64,000 bases of DNA, from NCBI GenBank assembly GCA_902385255.1, contig CABMEV010000004.1:34590-98589 (forward strand), given 5' to 3'. This stretch comes from Candidatus Tiddalikarchaeum anstoanum. Its GTDB lineage: Archaea > Nanobdellota > Nanobdellia > Tiddalikarchaeales > Tiddalikarchaeaceae. The notes under the pieces were generated by a model. The model ran no database searches. It was not told where the DNA came from and saw only the letters and a list, made by a program, of their open reading frames with translations. Position 1 is the first letter of the stretch, and every line of letters starts with the position of its first letter. Made by a program: the position numbers and the translations under genes. Of this stretch, positions 1 to 9,525 are shown piece by piece.

Positions 1-1364
1 GAGAGGAATTGCTGAGGGAGAGGGGATTCATAAACGGGAAGAAGACAAAATCAGTGCTCAGGAAAGCAGGCAAAGACTTAATATTATCAGTCTCAGGAGC
101 GCCCGAGGAAGTGTTTAAATTAATCAAGGAAGACCCGAAAGAACTTGAAAAAGAAGTCTTGGTAGAGACTAAAAATGGGAAAAGAGTTATTGCCATCGCG
201 GTAAAAATAGTGCCTCCTCTCAGGAAGAACTTATCATTTGACAAATTGGAGAAAGACTTGGAATTTAAAGGATTAATAGCAATAGAAGACCCGCCGAGAA
301 AAGGAGTCAGGGAAACAATAACAATTGCAAAGAATGCAGGAGTTAGAACCATAATGGTTACAGGAGACCATCCGGAAACTGCAAGAAACATAGCCATGAA
401 GGTGGGTATATCCTCAGATAAAGTATTGACAGGGGCAGAACTGGATGCGTTATCAGACTCTGAACTTAAAAAATTAGTTGAAGAAGTTTCAGTATTCGCA
501 AGGACAAGTCCAGAACACAAGTACAGATTAGTAAAGGCTTTGCACTCAAACGGTGAAATAGTCGCAGTAACAGGAGACGGGGTGAACGATTCCCTTGCAT
601 TAAAGGGCGCAGATATAGGAATAGCAATGGGCATAAAGGGAACAGACGCTGCAAAGGAAGCAGCAGATATAGTATTAGCGGATGATAATTACATAACAAT
701 AAGCAAAGGCATATTTGAGGGAAGGAAATTCTACGACAACTTAAAAAAAGGAGTAAAATATTACCTGTCAGTAAAACTGGCATTAGTGCTGGTATTCTTA
801 GTGCCTTTGATATTAAACATGCCTCTTCCATTCTCACCAATACAGATAATCATACTGGAATTATTCATGGACTTGGCAGCTTCAGCAGGATTCGTTTCAG
901 AGCCTGAAGAGAAAACAATATACAGCAGGAAACCAAGAGGGAGGACTGAGAGATTAATAGACAATAAAACAATTATTGGAATAATAATTTCAGGACTAAG
1001 CTTGTTTGCAGGAGTCATAATAGCATACATTTACAGCAGGAATATGGGATTATCATTAGTTGAGACGCAAAGTTACGCGTTCATGGCATGGATAATAGGC
1101 CATATAATATTAGCATTCACTTCACGCTCCGACACTGAGCCATTGTACAAATTAGGATTATTCAACAACAAGTTAATGGATATATGGGCATTGCTCACAA
1201 TATTTTTTATAATATTAGTAAACACTATAACTCCTATCAGCACACAATTAAGACTAAGCCCGTTAACTCTTGCAAACTTGGGATTAATATTCTTAATATC
1301 ACTAGTCACAATAGGATGGCAGGAAATAGTGAAGATGATAAAATACGCTGTTAATAATAAATAA
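1..1364 (+). CDS. P-type cation-transporting ATPase, C-terminal part (5' end lies outside the window)
   Basis: The reading frame is open to the window edge. It carries the hinge motif VTGDGVNDSLALKGADIGIAMG followed by a multi-TM C-terminal region. Confidence 0.8.
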   Translation, partial: EELLRERGFINGKKTKSVLRKAGKDLILSVSGAPEEVFKLIKEDPKELEKEVLVETKNGKRVIAIAVKIVPPLRKNLSFDKLEKDLEFKGLIAIEDPPRKGVRETITIAKNAGVRTIMVTGDHPETARNIAMKVGISSDKVLTGAELDALSDSELKKLVEEVSVFARTSPEHKYRLVKALHSNGEIVAVTGDGVNDSLALKGADIGIAMGIKGTDAAKEAADIVLADDNYITISKGIFEGRKFYDNLKKGVKYYLSVKLALVLVFLVPLILNMPLPFSPIQIIILELFMDLAASAGFVSEPEEKTIYSRKPRGRTERLIDNKTIIGIIISGLSLFAGVIIAYIYSRNMGLSLVETQSYAFMAWIIGHIILAFTSRSDTEPLYKLGLFNNKLMDIWALLTIFFIILVNTITPISTQLRLSPLTLANLGLIFLISLVTIGWQEIVKMIKYAVNNK

Positions 1365-1376
1365 GTAGAAATATTT

Positions 1377-2714
1377 TTAGAAATTGTTTAGAGTCTTTCT
1401 TTCCAAGAACTCAACTACAGCCTGGTCAATTATTATATCACTTATTTGTATAGGACTTTTTAATACTATCCCGTTTAATGTCCTTGAACGGCTTAAGGCA
1501 ACATAAGTCTGGCCGTGTGAGAAAGCACCTCTTGACAAGTCAATGAATATTTTATCAAAAGTCTGGCCCTGGCTCTTATGAATAGTTAACGCCCATGCCA
1601 GGCGTATTGGAAACTGCTTCATCCTGCCCTTTGTTTCAACAATTATTTTATTCGTTTCAGCATCAAGCTTGTACTCAATCTTATCCCAGTTCGTCCTCTC
1701 AACACCAACGATACCGCCCTGGTCGAGTTTCACCATAACAAAATTATTATCCAAATCCGTAACTTTCCCAATACTCCCGTTCACGTAGCTGCCAGATGGG
1801 TCATTTCGGGTAAGTATCACCTTAGAACCAACTTTAAGGTATAATTCAGGGTCAACAGGGAAGTTTTTGCCGTTTTTGTCAAAATTACCCTCAAAAGAAG
1901 CGTTGTATACGAATCTTTTTCCAGGCAGGCTTCCAAGCTTGTTCATATTCAAATAATTTGCCTGTTCATTAGTGCCGGTAAGCGTAATGAAAGATTCATC
2001 AGTTTCGGCATTAAAATTAGGATTCACCCTGCTGTTTATCATCTCCAATGTCTTTTCATCAAACTCGCCTGTCCTTATAGAGTCAAGGATGGCTATGAAA
2101 TCCTTGTCAGTCTGGCGGTAAACTTTCTCTAATTCAATAATGCTTAATTTTATCTTGTCAAAGACGTCAGCGCTGAAAAAATAAGGGCTCATGTAACGTT
2201 CGCTTAATGAAGTTTCAGTGCTGCTAACTACTGGAGCTAACTGGAATAAGTCGCCAAAGAGTATGACTTGGACTCCTCCAAAAGGCTTGTCAGAATCCTT
2301 CCCGTTCTTCCTCATGAATTTATCAATGCCGTCTAATAAATCAGCGCGCACCATAGACACTTCATCTATGACAATGCACTCTAACTCTTTGTACAGTCTC
2401 GCATCCTCAACTTTCTTAATATGATGGCTCTCAATCACCCTTGGAGGAAGCCTGAAAAAAGAATGAATAGTCTGCCCCCCGACATTCAGCGCAGCAAGCC
2501 CTGTCGGTGCTAAGACAACAATCTTCTTCTTTGTGCGGTCCCGAAAATACCTAAGCAGCGTGGACTTCCCTGTTCCAGCGCGGCCCGTTATAAAAAAAGA
2601 AGACTTATTGTTCTCCAGCAAATTGTAAGCTTTCAAAAAATCATCATTTAATAAGTTATTACCGCTACGCCCTTCCGAATCCTTCTTCATGCAGTCAAAT
2701 AAGTTCTCAACCAT
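1377..2714 (-). CDS. PIF1/RecD-family 5'-3' DNA helicase
   Basis: Walker A TGRAGTGKST and Walker B CIVIDEVSM are present, along with a C-terminal LTIHKSQGQTFD motif typical of Pif1/RecD-like helicases. Confidence 0.75.
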   Translation of the reverse strand: MVENLFDCMKKDSEGRSGNNLLNDDFLKAYNLLENNKSSFFITGRAGTGKSTLLRYFRDRTKKKIVVLAPTGLAALNVGGQTIHSFFRLPPRVIESHHIKKVEDARLYKELECIVIDEVSMVRADLLDGIDKFMRKNGKDSDKPFGGVQVILFGDLFQLAPVVSSTETSLSERYMSPYFFSADVFDKIKLSIIELEKVYRQTDKDFIAILDSIRTGEFDEKTLEMINSRVNPNFNAETDESFITLTGTNEQANYLNMNKLGSLPGKRFVYNASFEGNFDKNGKNFPVDPELYLKVGSKVILTRNDPSGSYVNGSIGKVTDLDNNFVMVKLDQGGIVGVERTNWDKIEYKLDAETNKIIVETKGRMKQFPIRLAWALTIHKSQGQTFDKIFIDLSRGAFSHGQTYVALSRSRTLNGIVLKSPIQISDIIIDQAVVEFLERKTLNNF

Positions 2715-2790
2715 CTCACTCCTACTTTAAAATACGCATATTAAATAATTAACTAATAAAAAACCGCTATTTGCCTGAGCACCCGTTTAG

Positions 2791-2799
2791 TTTATAAAA
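2791..2799 (+). promoter_or_regulatory. TATA-box-like TTTATAAAA about 27 bp upstream of the 2822 ATG (leaderless-type archaeal promoter); it sits in the divergent gap shared with the helicase gene
   Basis: This follows the archaeal BRE/TATA spacing convention. The assignment is by position only. Confidence 0.3.
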
Positions 2800-2821
2800 A
2801 ATCTGCACATTAAATTTTAAT

Positions 2822-3388
2822 ATGGTTAAAGTTATCGGACTCTGCGGCAGCATAGGCGCAGGGAAAGATGTTGTTTCTAAATACTTGGTCAAGAATTACG
2901 GCTACGTACAACTCACTATCGGCGACATAGTGCGCGAGGAGATGACAGAGAAAAAAATAGAGATTACGAGGGAGAACAGCGACCACTACAGCGAGGAGAT
3001 GAGGAAGAAATACGGCCAGGACTACTTCGTAAAAAGATGCATAGAGAAGATTAAGAAAGAGAAATACACGCATGCAATCATCGACGGAGTCAGGCTTCCA
3101 AGCGACAGCGAACTGATTCTGAAGGCATTCAAGAAGGATTACGTAATGTTTGAAGTAAACGCAGACCCATTCTTAAGATATGAAAGGCTGCAGATAAGAG
3201 GAAGATCAGACCTGCCTCATACTTTGGAGGAGTTTGACAAGCAGGAAAGGATGCAGAATGACATATTCCACCTGGATGAGACGTTCAAGAAAGCAAGCGA
3301 AGTGATAGATAACGGCGGAACAATGGAAGAATTATACGAAAACGTGAGGGAAATAGCCAAGAATCCGAAATATAAAAATTGGTTCTAA
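2822..3388 (+). CDS. P-loop nucleotide/nucleoside kinase family protein (dephospho-CoA kinase/AAA_17-like)
   Basis: The N-terminus carries the P-loop GLCGSIGAGKD. The size and an IIDGVRLP motif fit small NMP/dNMP-kinase-like folds. Confidence 0.5.
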   Translation: MVKVIGLCGSIGAGKDVVSKYLVKNYGYVQLTIGDIVREEMTEKKIEITRENSDHYSEEMRKKYGQDYFVKRCIEKIKKEKYTHAIIDGVRLPSDSELILKAFKKDYVMFEVNADPFLRYERLQIRGRSDLPHTLEEFDKQERMQNDIFHLDETFKKASEVIDNGGTMEELYENVREIAKNPKYKNWF

Positions 3389-3508
3389 CACAGCTTTTTA
3401 CAATAATTATCAAATCTGCACAAAATGGTTTCTTAAAAATAGAGACAACAAAGTTAGATTTTTATATACTTAACGTGTGAAATTTCCTAATTGTTAAGAG
3501 TAGGATAT

Positions 3509-3591
3509 GGCAAAAGCAGGTCATAACCTTTGGGCATTCCGCGTGGTTGCTGGAGTCCCATGGCATTTAGAGATGAACCCCTGCTTTTGCC
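3509..3591. other. Candidate structured RNA or hairpin element, closed by a perfect 12-bp stem GGCAAAAGCAGG...CCTGCTTTTGCC
   Basis: The perfect 12-bp inverted repeat encloses a roughly 59-nt, locally GC-richer loop. It lies inside a 486-bp ORF-free gap. Confidence 0.25.
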
Positions 3592-3874
3592 TATTTTACT
3601 TTATCCTTTAAACCTTTAAATAATTTTCCAAATTACTTCACAAGCTAATAAAATGTTATATTTTTGGGAGTGAAATAATATATGGCTAAAAATCTATTTT
3701 TGTAGTATTTGGTAAGGTTTTAATAAAGAGTTAAATAAACCACACTTTTAAAATATAATATTTTTAATTGGTGTGAATGATAAAAATGACAATGTGACAT
3801 TAAATTTATAAATAAGAATAGGTTTAATAATTATATAGTTATTATCAAAATAACCTAATAAAAGGATAAGCAAG

Positions 3875-4672
3875 ATGAAAAATGAACGTAAAAATAGAAC
3901 AGGTATTCCGCAGGTTAGTCTTACGGAAGCAATTGGATATTTAACGAAAGTTTATACTATTATTGGAACAAATTTAAAATCATTTGCAGGTATGGCTGAA
4001 GTTATGGATATATCTATAGCAGGCGCGAAACGAGCATTTGGGGAACTTAAAATATATGGACTACTTGAGCAAGAAGGTACTGGGTGGAAAGTTTCTGATT
4101 TAGGTAAGCGTGTTGCAAATGGTGACAAAGCAGCAGTTATAACTACATTAGAAACAAATAGTATCTTAAAAGATTTATATGCAGAGCTAAAAGATAAGCA
4201 ATGTGATAGAGATTTTATAGAAGATTATATTAAAAAGAAAAGATTTGGATATAATCTAAACGTATCGCATGTTGCTAATAGATTCTTAGAAGCTTTAGAA
4301 TACATAAATAATCTCAAAGAAAGTGAAATTTCAACATCAGTCATAGAACATAAATATGATAATGACAAAGGAGACTTTCTAAAAGGAGTAAGATTAGGTT
4401 TTAAATTAGCTAAATTAATTCATGATAAGCCTGAGCATAAACAATTAATTAATGTACTTAATTCTTTAATGGAAGATGTAGAACATCAACCTGAAATTAA
4501 AAATGTATTAGTTCATATAAAGGAAAATATTACAGAAGGATATATGAAAGAGGAAAAAGAATTAGAATATTTAATCAAACAATTTGATAAATTAATACAC
4601 ATAGAAGAAAATGCCCAAGATAATGTTAAACAAAAATCTGAAGAAGATACGAATAATAATTCAGAGAAATAA
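3875..4672 (+). CDS. hypothetical protein (possible N-terminal winged-helix-like region)
   Basis: A long ORF in an AT-rich genome. Putative TATA-like elements (TTTATAAATA, AATTATATAG) lie upstream. No confident motif was found. Confidence 0.5.
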   Translation: MKNERKNRTGIPQVSLTEAIGYLTKVYTIIGTNLKSFAGMAEVMDISIAGAKRAFGELKIYGLLEQEGTGWKVSDLGKRVANGDKAAVITTLETNSILKDLYAELKDKQCDRDFIEDYIKKKRFGYNLNVSHVANRFLEALEYINNLKESEISTSVIEHKYDNDKGDFLKGVRLGFKLAKLIHDKPEHKQLINVLNSLMEDVEHQPEIKNVLVHIKENITEGYMKEEKELEYLIKQFDKLIHIEENAQDNVKQKSEEDTNNNSEK

Positions 4673-4693
4673 TTATACTTCTTGTATATTTAA

Positions 4694-5797
4694 TTAGTTC
4701 TCAAGAGATGTTTTAAAAATAGTTCTAAATTTTTTCATTGATTTATTACATTTATCTTTATTAATGCATTTATTGCATATAGATGAAAGTTGTTCCTCAT
4801 TTATATTCAATTGTTTTTTACTTAATTCTATTAATTCTTCGTGAACTGTAAAAAGATTATTTAGAATAAACCTTACAATTTCTTTATAATTTCCTTTGTT
4901 TCCAGCATCTAAGCATTTAAGGTATTCTTCTCTATTTTTATTATCAATAAACACAGTGGGCAAACCTGCATTTGATAACATTATCCTTAATAGTTCTCTT
5001 CCAACTCTACCATTTCCATCAATAAAAGGATGAATTTCTTCAAACTTTTGATGAAAAATACCAAATAATTCGACAGGATGTATTTTTCTTTTATTTTTAT
5101 TAAACCATTTAAGTAATTTATTTATTTCATCATCAATAAAGATATAGGGGGTGGGTTGAAAATCTGCCCCTCTAATTCCAACATCAATTCTTCTAAAATT
5201 ACCTTTTGTATTATCATCTATATTATTCAATAATATTTTGTGAATCTTTTTAATTAATTCAACACTGATTTCAATATTTTCTTTATTTTCAAATTCTTCT
5301 TTTAATTTTGAATAATTTTCAATTTCATAAAATTCCCTTTTTTCTTTCCCACTAACTGTTAAACCGTCATTTAGTGTCAAATCTGTTTCTCTTAAAGAAT
5401 AAGTATTACCTTCTATACTTGTAGTACCATAAACATATTTTGTAAAAAATGCATCTTTGTATTTTTCTAAATCGTTCCTATTAAATTTTTTTAAAGAAGC
5501 CTGATAAGAAAATAATAAATAGGCTAATATTACCTTATCTTTTTTTGTTATAAATTTTGTTTTAATATTATTTTGAGATTCATATAATATATTTATTGTA
5601 TCTATAAATATCTTAAAAATTATATGGCAGAAATTCGTTTTTAATTGTTCATTTGTTACTTGTTTAGGAGATAAGTATGTATAGTTATTCTTCGATATTT
5701 TTATATAATAATATTCTTTCCCTTTTATTGTTTTAGTTATCAACATTTTTTTAATTTTACTTATGGAGATATCAATTAAGTTATCTTTTAAAATCAT
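4694..5797 (-). CDS. Fic/Doc family protein (AMPylase-type Fido domain) with a novel N-terminal region
   Basis: It carries the canonical Fic motif HPFIDGNGRVGR. An upstream TTSIEGN stretch matches the [ST]xxxE[GN] inhibitory-helix motif. Confidence 0.8.
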   Translation of the reverse strand: MILKDNLIDISISKIKKMLITKTIKGKEYYYIKISKNNYTYLSPKQVTNEQLKTNFCHIIFKIFIDTINILYESQNNIKTKFITKKDKVILAYLLFSYQASLKKFNRNDLEKYKDAFFTKYVYGTTSIEGNTYSLRETDLTLNDGLTVSGKEKREFYEIENYSKLKEEFENKENIEISVELIKKIHKILLNNIDDNTKGNFRRIDVGIRGADFQPTPYIFIDDEINKLLKWFNKNKRKIHPVELFGIFHQKFEEIHPFIDGNGRVGRELLRIMLSNAGLPTVFIDNKNREEYLKCLDAGNKGNYKEIVRFILNNLFTVHEELIELSKKQLNINEEQLSSICNKCINKDKCNKSMKKFRTIFKTSLEN

Positions 5798-5914
5798 ATA
5801 TTTTAGTTATCATAGATAACTTAAAAAATCTTTCTTTTAGTTAACTTAATATGTGTTCCATAGGTTGATTTTAAATGATTATTGGAAAATCTTTAAAAAC
5901 AAAATTTAACTAAG

Positions 5915-7144
5915 TTATGAGAACTTGCTGAGTTTTACTTTTTCTTCCTTGCCGGAGACAAGGTCCTTAACAGTTATTGTATCCTTCTCCAAATCCTTCT
6001 CACCGATTATGTAAACTTTATGAATACCTCTATTTTCTGCGTACTCAAACTGCTTGCTTAAATTCCTCTCAGACATGTTAATGTCGCAGGACACTCCTTT
6101 TTTTAAGAGAAAATTCCTAAGCTTCAACGCCTCAGTCATCACATTCCCAACGGTTGCGATGAAAACGGAATTATTCAAATAATCAGGCAATAATTTTTTA
6201 TCCTTCAAGACCTCGAATAATACGGCATCACCCTCGGCGAATCCGACAGCAGGAGTCTTCTCCCCTCCAAAATCACTGACAAGATTATTATACTCTCCCC
6301 CTCCGAAAATTGCCCTGAACTTCCCGCCCCTGTCATAAGCTTCGAAAACGATATCAGTATAATAATCCAAACCTCTCACAATACTCAAATCAACCTCTAA
6401 ATATTCAGGATTGCAAAGTTCTACGACTGTCTTTAATCGCGAGACATCAAAACCAAGGCTGTCCAACTCAACTATTAACTCTTTATCAGTAAGTGAGAAT
6501 AACCTCTTAGCCAAATCATACTCTTTGACAAGATTCCTTAAACCATCATCAAACTCTTTAGGAGTAATCTTCAACTTCTTATCAAGAAGGAGGTAAAAAG
6601 CAGACTTATCCTCAACCCCGAACCTTTTGACAAAAGAATCAATAAGAACGCGGCTGTTAACCCTAACCACTATATCATTGCTCTTTAATCCGAAAGACTC
6701 TAAAGTTGAGATTGCAAGATTCAATATTTCAACAGTGGCAAGCACACTAACCTCACCTATAATATCCGCATTATACTGGAAAAACTCCCTTAAGCGGCCT
6801 TTCTGAGGCCTCTCATAACGGAAACATCTTGGTATACTAAACCATTTCAAAGGCTTCTTCAAACCTTTGCCATACATTATGACAAAACGGGCAAGCTGCG
6901 GAGTAAGTTCAGGGCGAAGACAAACCTCTCTATCCCCCCTGTCCTTGAAATAGAACAACTGGCTTTTAATCTCCTCACCGCTCTTTCTGGTAAAAAGAGA
7001 AACCTCCTCAATAGTCGGAGCATCATACTCCTCAAAACCCATCATTTTACTGCTAGAACGCCACTTATTAGCTATGAACAACTCCTTATCCCAATCAGAA
7101 GGCAAAAAATCCCTAGTTCCAATGTAAGGCTGCAAATTAGTCAT
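5915..7144 (-). CDS. hisS: histidine--tRNA ligase
   Basis: Class II aaRS motif 2 (FSIPRCFRYERPQKGRLREFFQ) and the HisRS motif 3 (AIFGGGEYNNL) are present. The ORF track extends to 7207, but the first 21 codons look like AT-rich junk, so the start was placed at M22 (7144). Confidence 0.85.
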   Translation of the reverse strand: MTNLQPYIGTRDFLPSDWDKELFIANKWRSSSKMMGFEEYDAPTIEEVSLFTRKSGEEIKSQLFYFKDRGDREVCLRPELTPQLARFVIMYGKGLKKPLKWFSIPRCFRYERPQKGRLREFFQYNADIIGEVSVLATVEILNLAISTLESFGLKSNDIVVRVNSRVLIDSFVKRFGVEDKSAFYLLLDKKLKITPKEFDDGLRNLVKEYDLAKRLFSLTDKELIVELDSLGFDVSRLKTVVELCNPEYLEVDLSIVRGLDYYTDIVFEAYDRGGKFRAIFGGGEYNNLVSDFGGEKTPAVGFAEGDAVLFEVLKDKKLLPDYLNNSVFIATVGNVMTEALKLRNFLLKKGVSCDINMSERNLSKQFEYAENRGIHKVYIIGEKDLEKDTITVKDLVSGKEEKVKLSKFS

Positions 7145-7371
7145 TAAAAAAATATAAAACCCGTTTCTGATTATATATCTTTTGTAGAATATGATGTTTC
7201 TGGGCAATTATTCAGGTTTTTTAGTTCATAAAAAATATATTTATTTACAATATGGTAAATAAATATGTGTTGTTGAAAAACGCATCCAGCGGCTCTAATT
7301 TCTTAATATTTTGGGGCACGGTCAGATTTATATCTCTTTCATAACTCTAATCTTAGTATAGACTTAATGAG

Positions 7372-7566
7372 GTGATATTAAAAATGGAAGACATAAATGA
7401 AATCGAAGGAGAAATAAAAGCAGATAAAGGTGCTTTAAAAGACTTTAAAGAAGTTGCAAAGAAAGCAGAAGATGTAGTTAAGCACAGTGAAAACGAGCTT
7501 AAAAAGGACGAAGGTGCCTTAAAAGCCGCAAAAGCAAAGAAAGAAAAGAAAGCAAAAAAGATGTAA
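7372..7566 (+). CDS. small lysine/glutamate-rich coiled-coil protein
   Basis: A 64-aa K/E-rich ORF that ends in KAAKAKKEKKAKKM. Confidence 0.35.
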   Translation: MILKMEDINEIEGEIKADKGALKDFKEVAKKAEDVVKHSENELKKDEGALKAAKAKKEKKAKKM

Positions 7567-7669
7567 AACTACTGTTCTAAATTTTAAATTTTATTATTTT
7601 TTTTATATTAATATTTATCTATTCCTTAACCAAACTTTTTTAATAACTATTACAATACTTCTAAAGAGC

Positions 7670-8806
7670 ATGAAAAAACTGTTACTAGCACTGTTATTAT
7701 TGCTGTCCTTTATGCCTGTATTCGCGGATAATTGCGTTTATATGCTGTTATTCTATAGCAGCACTTGTCCTCACTGCGCGCAGGCAGAACTCGTATTAGA
7801 CAGGTTAAAACAGAATTATAATGTAGTAATAGATCGGAGGGAAATACACGAGTTAGGAAACAGCAACTTACTGCAGGCATACTTGTCAATATATAATGTG
7901 CCGTCAGACCTTTGGGGCTACGTTCCTGTAACATTCATCAATAATAAGTACATAGTCGGATTCACAGAAGACTATGAACAAGAGCTTTTGAACGGGATAA
8001 ATTACTGCAGTGGGAACTCATGCTTATGTCCGTTTAACCAGTCATTGGCTGACTATTATGGAGCAAGGCCTTTTCCTCAGGTGAATGAAACAAGCGGGTA
8101 CTATCAGGGAACTAACACTACAACTCCAAGTAAGATAGAAGTAACAATACCTGCTATAATATCAGCAGCACTTGTTGATTCCATAAATCCATGCGCATTC
8201 GCAGTAATCATATTCTTACTGACATACTTAATCAGCATAGGTGCAAAGAAGAGAATACTAAAAATCAGCATGGCATACATACTAACTGTATTCACAGTCT
8301 ACTTCCTTGCAGGATTAGGCCTCTTCGTAGCCATGCAATCAGCCCACGTCACGAGTTTAATATACATAATATCTGCTGTTGTTGCAATAATTGCCGGATT
8401 AGTCAATGTTAAAGACTTCTTCTGGTACGGGAAAGGGTTTACTCTTGCAATACCGAAGAAGGCAAAACCAGTAATATCCGAATGGGTTAAGAAAGCAAGC
8501 CTTCCTGCCGCAGTAGTCTTAGGATTCCTTGTAAGCTTGTACGAACTGCCCTGCACAGGAGGAGTGTATTTGGCAATACTAGGATTACTGTCAAACACTA
8601 TGACAAGGACTCAGGCAGTGCCTCCACTATTATTATACAACCTGATATTCGTACTGCCTTTGGTAATAATAGCTGCATTGATAAATTTCGGAGTATCATC
8701 TGAGGCGATAGAGAAATGGAGAAAGGCCAAAAGGAATTATATGAAACTCGCAGCAGGTATAGTAATGATATTATTAGGTATACTGATGCTGGGCGGCTGG
8801 ATATGA
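7670..8806 (+). CDS. thioredoxin-fold (CPHC) domain fused to a CcdA/DsbD-like transmembrane thiol-disulfide transporter
   Basis: A signal peptide is followed by CPHC and then multi-TM segments. The TM region carries CcdA-type Cys motifs (SINPCAF, YELPCTGG). Confidence 0.7.
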   Translation: MKKLLLALLLLLSFMPVFADNCVYMLLFYSSTCPHCAQAELVLDRLKQNYNVVIDRREIHELGNSNLLQAYLSIYNVPSDLWGYVPVTFINNKYIVGFTEDYEQELLNGINYCSGNSCLCPFNQSLADYYGARPFPQVNETSGYYQGTNTTTPSKIEVTIPAIISAALVDSINPCAFAVIIFLLTYLISIGAKKRILKISMAYILTVFTVYFLAGLGLFVAMQSAHVTSLIYIISAVVAIIAGLVNVKDFFWYGKGFTLAIPKKAKPVISEWVKKASLPAAVVLGFLVSLYELPCTGGVYLAILGLLSNTMTRTQAVPPLLLYNLIFVLPLVIIAALINFGVSSEAIEKWRKAKRNYMKLAAGIVMILLGILMLGGWI

Positions 8807-9525
8807 AAATAATTGAGAAAGTAAAGAAATTATTCACAAAAACCAACACGTTATACTATCCTGGCTGCATCACTAAAATGGTTTATAAAAACTTGGAGAA
8901 AAATTATCAAGTTCTTTTTGAGAAAGCAGGGATAGATTTCATACAATTAAAAGATGCAGAGAAGTGCTGCGGAAGCCCGGTAACCAATGCAGGATATGAC
9001 AAGGATTATTCAGACTTAGTAACTCATAATAAGAAATTAGTCGAAAGTGCAGGTGTGAAGAGGATAATCACGAACTGCCCAGCATGTTATAACATACTGA
9101 AAAAAGAATACCCTGAAATAGAAGTCGAGCACGCGGTAACTGTCTTATTGGATGCAGTAATAACAAAAAAATTGAAGCTTAAAAGAAAATTCGACGAGAA
9201 AATAACATATCACGACCCCTGCCACCTTGGCAGGTATGCTGGAATTTATGAGGAGCCAAGAAAACTGCTCAAGCAATTAGGATTTACCATAATTGAGATG
9301 GCAAGAAACAGGGAGAGCAGCCTGTGCTGCGGTGCAGGAGGAGGCCTTCAGAACAATTCCAAAAGCGTGAGCGAGCGCGTGACAAAGATGAGATTGAACG
9401 AAGCAAGGCTCCTTAAAGTAAAAAAATTAATAACTGCATGCCCTATGTGTTATCACCAGTTCAAGAAGTACGAGGACGGACTTAAAATACTCGACATATC
9501 AGAGGTGTTATTAGAATGCATCTAA
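8803..9525 (+). CDS. CCG-domain Fe-S oxidoreductase subunit (LldE/GlcF/HdrD-like, two CCG domains)
   Basis: Two Cx(n)CCGx(n)CxxC modules are present (KCCGSPV...CPAC and LCCGAGGG...CPMC). The start was placed at the ATGA overlap with the upstream stop, because the ORF-track start at 8716 overlaps the upstream gene. Confidence 0.7.
   Translation: MKIIEKVKKLFTKTNTLYYPGCITKMVYKNLEKNYQVLFEKAGIDFIQLKDAEKCCGSPVTNAGYDKDYSDLVTHNKKLVESAGVKRIITNCPACYNILKKEYPEIEVEHAVTVLLDAVITKKLKLKRKFDEKITYHDPCHLGRYAGIYEEPRKLLKQLGFTIIEMARNRESSLCCGAGGGLQNNSKSVSERVTKMRLNEARLLKVKKLITACPMCYHQFKKYEDGLKILDISEVLLECI

Noticed and set aside
466-1309. Antisense ORFs 466..840, 761..1030 and 1073..1309 inside the P-type ATPase gene. 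Similar antisense or overlapping ORFs occur elsewhere (for example 2218..2424, 6411..6596, 7710..7934, 8104..8849, 9659..9973, 10343..10797, 12980..13162, 13233..13424, 14076..14489, 15256..15543, 18169..18747, 21298..21986, 22478..22699, 23257..23781, 25320..25514, 26072..26341, 27035..27247, 27435..27994, 31009..31269, 31456..32498, 33826..34089, 34511..34890, 35635..36084, 36252..37125, 38494..38907, 41371..41862, 44562..44747, 45437..46309, 46762..46983, 48240..48434, 50364..51031, 51376..51591, 54531..54753, 55296..55541, 57493..57853, 59615..59827, 59867..60076, 60605..60787, 61287..61846, 62525..62916).
   Set aside because: Each lies within or opposite a longer ORF with clear protein-family motifs. 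Their translations are low-complexity (L/S/F/I-rich) and typical of antisense frames.
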